This document shows positions 32,986 to 35,897 of a stretch of 35,897 nt of DNA, piece by piece. This DNA comes from Lachnospiraceae bacterium. Lineage in GTDB: Bacteria; Bacillota; Clostridia; Lachnospirales; Lachnospiraceae. Below the pieces are notes generated by a model, which was not told the DNA's origin, made no database searches, and saw only the letters and a list, made by a program, of their open reading frames with translations. How positions within the stretch are numbered: position 1 is the stretch's first letter; the number at the start of each line of letters is the position of its first letter. Both the position numbers and the translations under genes were made by a program. The stretch lies in NCBI GenBank assembly GCA_009787745.1, contig WQST01000002.1, forward strand, positions 1 to 35,897. Reading direction: 5' to 3'.

Positions 32986-34158
32986 TTATTCTTTATACAT
33001 TATACTTAGCATTTCTCTAACCCGATGGCGGTAAGTATGGTGTTGTTTTACTTTTTCGTAGCCGTTTTCGGCTATTTGCCGGCGCTCTTTGTCATGAGTA
33101 AGATAATATTCTGTTTTATTAATTAAATCGTCGATATTTTCATAATAAACATAGTCTTCATCGGGAACGAAATGTAACAGAAAATCCGCTTGAAAATTAG
33201 TCAAAAGAAAGCCCCCCGCTCCCATAATATCAAAGGCACGTAAAGGGATTCCGCTTTGGATGCTCTTTAAAGTGATATTCAAATTGATTTTGCTGTGATT
33301 GAAAACGAGCGGCAATTGACAATAGTAGTCAACGTAACCTTTATTCACAATCTCCGGATATTCGCTTGTACTTTCTCCTGAATAAAGGCGAAAACCCTTC
33401 TGTTCTTCCGCAAGCCGCCGGAATATTCCTGTCCGCTCCAAGGAAGTCACTTTTTTAGCCAAATAATGGTTTGCATAAAGCCAGGCAATCGATTCGTTGC
33501 TGTGAACACGCTGGGGCAACATACATAATGCCTGCATTCGAATAATGATTTCAGGAGTCAGAGCGGCTTCCAAAAAGTTGACACCATAGACGCCCAGTTG
33601 TGCTTTTATCAAGCCATCAAGATAGCCTTTTAAATAACCTTCATCATTTTCCAAAGGCGCGAACTGTGGTTTCGTTTCGGCATATCGGGAGCCGACGAAG
33701 GAAATGTCGTTGGTGAAATCATTAGAATTTGCGGCGATTATTTCGTCATAATATGAAACGTCCGCCGCCAACGGCAGATAATAAACGGTATTAATGCCTT
33801 TACTGATTAAATCCGCACATATCATGCGGTCAAAAATGAAGATATAGTTATTTTCAAAAGCGGCGGTTTCCGAATAGACTTCGACACAGGGGCTGTCATA
33901 AATCCACGAAAGATAGCTAATCCTTAAAGCCTTACAGGCGATCGCCACGACAGGAAGAAAATTGACCGTAAAAACAAAATCATAGCTTTCCGCAATGATT
34001 TTATTAACTAATTCTTCCGCTAATCCTGCGCGTTTTTCCTGATCGGGTTCGGATTTCGGGATCTTATATAAATCAACGGTAAAACCTTCGTCCCTGAAAG
34101 CCCGAATAACAAAATCCTGCCCCAAACTCTCCCACTGCGGGAAAAATATCTTTCGCAT
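32986..34158 (-). CDS. CgeB-like glycosyltransferase (N-terminal DUF3880-like region plus C-terminal Glyco_trans_1_2-like domain)
   Basis: ORF track 32986..34194 (TTG). I prefer ATG 34158 (MRKIFFPQW). The C-terminal part reads NLNITLKSIQSGIPLRAFDIMGAGGFLLTNFQADFL..YYENIDDLINKTEYYLTHDKERRQIAENGYEKVKQHHTYRHRV, as in CgeB-family GTs. Confidence 0.65.
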   Translation of the reverse strand: MRKIFFPQWESLGQDFVIRAFRDEGFTVDLYKIPKSEPDQEKRAGLAEELVNKIIAESYDFVFTVNFLPVVAIACKALRISYLSWIYDSPCVEVYSETAAFENNYIFIFDRMICADLISKGINTVYYLPLAADVSYYDEIIAANSNDFTNDISFVGSRYAETKPQFAPLENDEGYLKGYLDGLIKAQLGVYGVNFLEAALTPEIIIRMQALCMLPQRVHSNESIAWLYANHYLAKKVTSLERTGIFRRLAEEQKGFRLYSGESTSEYPEIVNKGYVDYYCQLPLVFNHSKINLNITLKSIQSGIPLRAFDIMGAGGFLLTNFQADFLLHFVPDEDYVYYENIDDLINKTEYYLTHDKERRQIAENGYEKVKQHHTYRHRVREMLSIMYKE

Positions 34159-34165
34159 ATAAGCA

Positions 34166-34194
34166 ATGATAAATAATGTTTGGGAAAATGTCAA
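34166..34194 (-). promoter_or_regulatory. Promoter TTGACA-17 nt-TATCAT ending 7 nt before ATG 34158 (leaderless-type arrangement)
   Basis: On the minus strand, -35 TTGACA is at 34194-34189 and -10 TATCAT is at 34171-34166. Seven nt then precede ATG 34158-34156. No SD is present. Confidence 0.4.
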
Positions 34195-34208
34195 ATTTTT
34201 GCTATAAT
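34180..34208 (+). promoter_or_regulatory. Promoter TTGGGA-17 nt-TATAAT ending 6 nt before ATG 34215 (leaderless-type arrangement)
   Basis: -35 TTGGGA is at 34180-34185 and -10 TATAAT is at 34203-34208. AAGTAC then precedes ATG 34215. No SD is present. It interdigitates with the divergent promoter. Confidence 0.4.
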
Positions 34209-34214
34209 AAGTAC

Positions 34215-35267
34215 ATGATACCGATCTCCGTTTGCATGATTACCAAAAATGAAGAAAAATACCTCGCCAAATGCCTAAGCTTACTCAAACCGCATTTCGC
34301 GGAAATTATTGTCGCCGATACGGGGTCAACCGATCGGACGGCTCTGATTGCCGCGGAATATGCTGATAAGGTTTTGAGCTTTGATTGGGTTGATGATTTT
34401 TCGGCGGCGCGAAATTTTTCTATTAGCCAAGCGGCAAATGATTGGATAATGGTTGTTGATTGTGATGAATTTTTACAGGAAATTGATTTAAACGCTATCG
34501 AAAAAATGATGCATGGCTATCCGCGCGGGATCGGGATGATGTTAAGGAACAATCCCTATGGCGGCGGGGAATCGAAAGCGGTAATGACCGAGCGCGTGGC
34601 GCGCCTTTTCGACCGCCGCTTTCATCATTACAGGGGCATAATACATGAGCAGGTGACACCAAGCGACGGCAGTGAAGCGGTATATTTCCCCATTCCGATA
34701 AGTTTTTATCATGAAGGTTACAGCGAGCAAGGGACTGCCGAAGAAAAAGCACAGCGGAATCTTAAATTATTACTTGTCGATTTGGAAAAAAACGGGGCTG
34801 ACCCTTATACGTATTTTCAGCTCGGTCAGTCTTATACAGTTTTGGACGATGCCGGGAAAGCCTGTTACTATTACGGCTTAGGGCTGGAATTTGATGTGAA
34901 TCCGAAACTGGAATATGTCCAAACGATGGTCGAATCGTATGGGTATGCCCTTTTAAAATTAAAGCTTTTCGCACAAGCTATGCAATTCGAGAATATTTAT
35001 AAAGAGTTCGCCATACGGGCTGATTTCGTCTTTTTGATGGGGCTTATTTATATGAATAATGCCTTTTTCGACCGCGCTATCGCGGAATTTAAAAAAGCAA
35101 CACAAATGAAAAACTATTCCGTCGCAGGCGTTAACAGTTATAGTGCCTTCTATAATATTGGTGTTATTTACGAATGCATGGGCGAAACCGCAAAAGCCCG
35201 GGACTACTATTTAAAGTGCGGTAATTACAGCCCGGCGAAGGCACGGTTAACCCTCGCCAAGCAGTAA
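34215..35267 (+). CDS. Family-2 glycosyltransferase with C-terminal TPR-like repeats, no TM segment
   Basis: ORF track 34176..35267. The GT2 N-terminus is canonical from ATG 34215 (MIPISVCMITKNEEKYLAKCLSLL, ADTGSTDRT, VVDCDE). The C-terminal half is helical and repeat-like (YFQLGQSY, YYYGLGLEF, FYNIGVIYECMGETAKARDYYLKC). ATG 34176 and 34188 are alternative starts without an SD. Confidence 0.8.
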   Translation: MIPISVCMITKNEEKYLAKCLSLLKPHFAEIIVADTGSTDRTALIAAEYADKVLSFDWVDDFSAARNFSISQAANDWIMVVDCDEFLQEIDLNAIEKMMHGYPRGIGMMLRNNPYGGGESKAVMTERVARLFDRRFHHYRGIIHEQVTPSDGSEAVYFPIPISFYHEGYSEQGTAEEKAQRNLKLLLVDLEKNGADPYTYFQLGQSYTVLDDAGKACYYYGLGLEFDVNPKLEYVQTMVESYGYALLKLKLFAQAMQFENIYKEFAIRADFVFLMGLIYMNNAFFDRAIAEFKKATQMKNYSVAGVNSYSAFYNIGVIYECMGETAKARDYYLKCGNYSPAKARLTLAKQ

Positions 35268-35278
35268 TTGATTACCCT

Positions 35279-35897
35279 TTACTCAGGAATACCGGCGAAA
35301 CCTTTTGCCAAATCATCCTCCGTCGGAATTTCATCCGTCATTAATCCGTCATGGTATCTTTCGTAAGCCGATAAATCAAAATAACCCGTTCCCGTCAGCC
35401 CAAAGAGAATCGTTTTTTCTTCGCCTGTTTCTTTACATTTCATCGCTTCATCAATTGTCGCTTTAATCGCATGAGCGCTCTCAGGCGCGGGAAGGATTCC
35501 TTCAATGCGGGCGAACTGTTCCGCCGCCGCGAATACCTCCGTCTGCTCCGCAACCCGTGCTTCCATCAAACCATCATGATAAACTTGTGAAAGTATCGAA
35601 CTCATACCGTGGAAACGCAATCCCCCCGCATGGCTCGGCGACGGGATAAAGCCGGAACCAAGGGTATACATTTTCGCAAGCGGGCATATCATACCTGTGT
35701 CACAGAAATCATAAACATATTTACCGCGGGTAAAGCTTGGACATGAAGCAGGTTCTACCGCGATAATGCGATAATCGGCTTCACCGCGTAACTTCTCACC
35801 CAAGAACGGCGCAATTAAACCGCCCAGGTTCGAACCGCCGCCTGCGCAACCGATAATTGTATCGGGCTTTACACCATATTTATCAAAGGCGGCTTTT
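35279..35897 (-). CDS. TrpB-like pyridoxal-phosphate-dependent enzyme (tryptophan synthase beta, TrpB2-like), C-terminal ~205 codons; 5' end off the right edge
   Basis: The frame is open to the window edge. Translation reads KAAFDKYGVKPDTIIGCAGGGSNLGGLIAPFLGEKLRGEADYRIIAVEPASCPS..HAGGLRFHGMS..GILPAPESAHAI..LFGLTGTGYFDL. The ORF-track M at 35803 is an internal TTG. Confidence 0.8.
   Translation of the reverse strand, partial: KAAFDKYGVKPDTIIGCAGGGSNLGGLIAPFLGEKLRGEADYRIIAVEPASCPSFTRGKYVYDFCDTGMICPLAKMYTLGSGFIPSPSHAGGLRFHGMSSILSQVYHDGLMEARVAEQTEVFAAAEQFARIEGILPAPESAHAIKATIDEAMKCKETGEEKTILFGLTGTGYFDLSAYERYHDGLMTDEIPTEDDLAKGFAGIPE

Noticed and set aside
1-35897. Scan of the intergenic regions (4716-4918, 9304-9755, 13844-13899, 23892-24028, 24914-25143, 28595-28790, 30031-30176) for tRNA, rRNA or known riboswitch shapes.
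   Set aside because: No cloverleaf-compatible stems or conserved rRNA or riboswitch cores were recognised by eye. A covariance-model scan would be needed to exclude them formally.

Overview
This is a Bacillota (Clostridia-like) chromosomal window that is almost fully coding. All calls come from reading the sequence and the ORF track by eye; no searches or folding calculations were run.

- **1-9.3 kb, housekeeping and signalling:** the 5' part of metK, a ~1300-aa BvgS-type hybrid sensor kinase, rmuC, helD and a cytoplasmic SH3b-NlpC/P60 peptidase.
- **9.7-13.8 kb:** a three-gene MacB/FtsX-type ABC operon with two different large-ectodomain permeases. It follows a 450-bp motif-rich non-coding region.
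- **13.9-28.6 kb:** one long minus-strand, ABC-transporter-dependent, dTDP-rhamnose-linked cell-wall polysaccharide locus. It carries rmlB, rmlA, rmlC, a Wzm/Wzt-like exporter, a WbdD-like methyltransferase/kinase-like protein, a coiled-coil dual-GT2 and a mutarotase-like protein. Unusually, it also carries two paralogous membrane-anchored GH25 muramidases. An Rpn/PD-(D/E)XK nuclease cassette with its own promoter, structured leader and terminator sits between rmlB and rmlA.
- **28.8-35.3 kb:** a second envelope module made mostly of uncharacterised proteins. These are a Zn-ribbon protein, an ecto-SGNH-like protein, an ArnE/ArnF-sized small DMT pair, two polytopic membrane proteins, a CgeB-like GT and a GT2-TPR.
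- **Right edge:** the 3' part of a TrpB-like PLP enzyme.

I recognised no rRNA, tRNA, CRISPR array or complete IS/prophage.

The best candidates for something undescribed are:
1. The 28.8-35.3 kb extracytoplasmic glycan-decoration module.
2. An ermC-like four-segment leader with a uORF in front of the Rpn-like nuclease gene.
3. WbdD/Wzt-type capping logic plus embedded GH25 muramidases in a Gram-positive rhamnan-type locus.
4. The heteromeric MacB-type ABC system.
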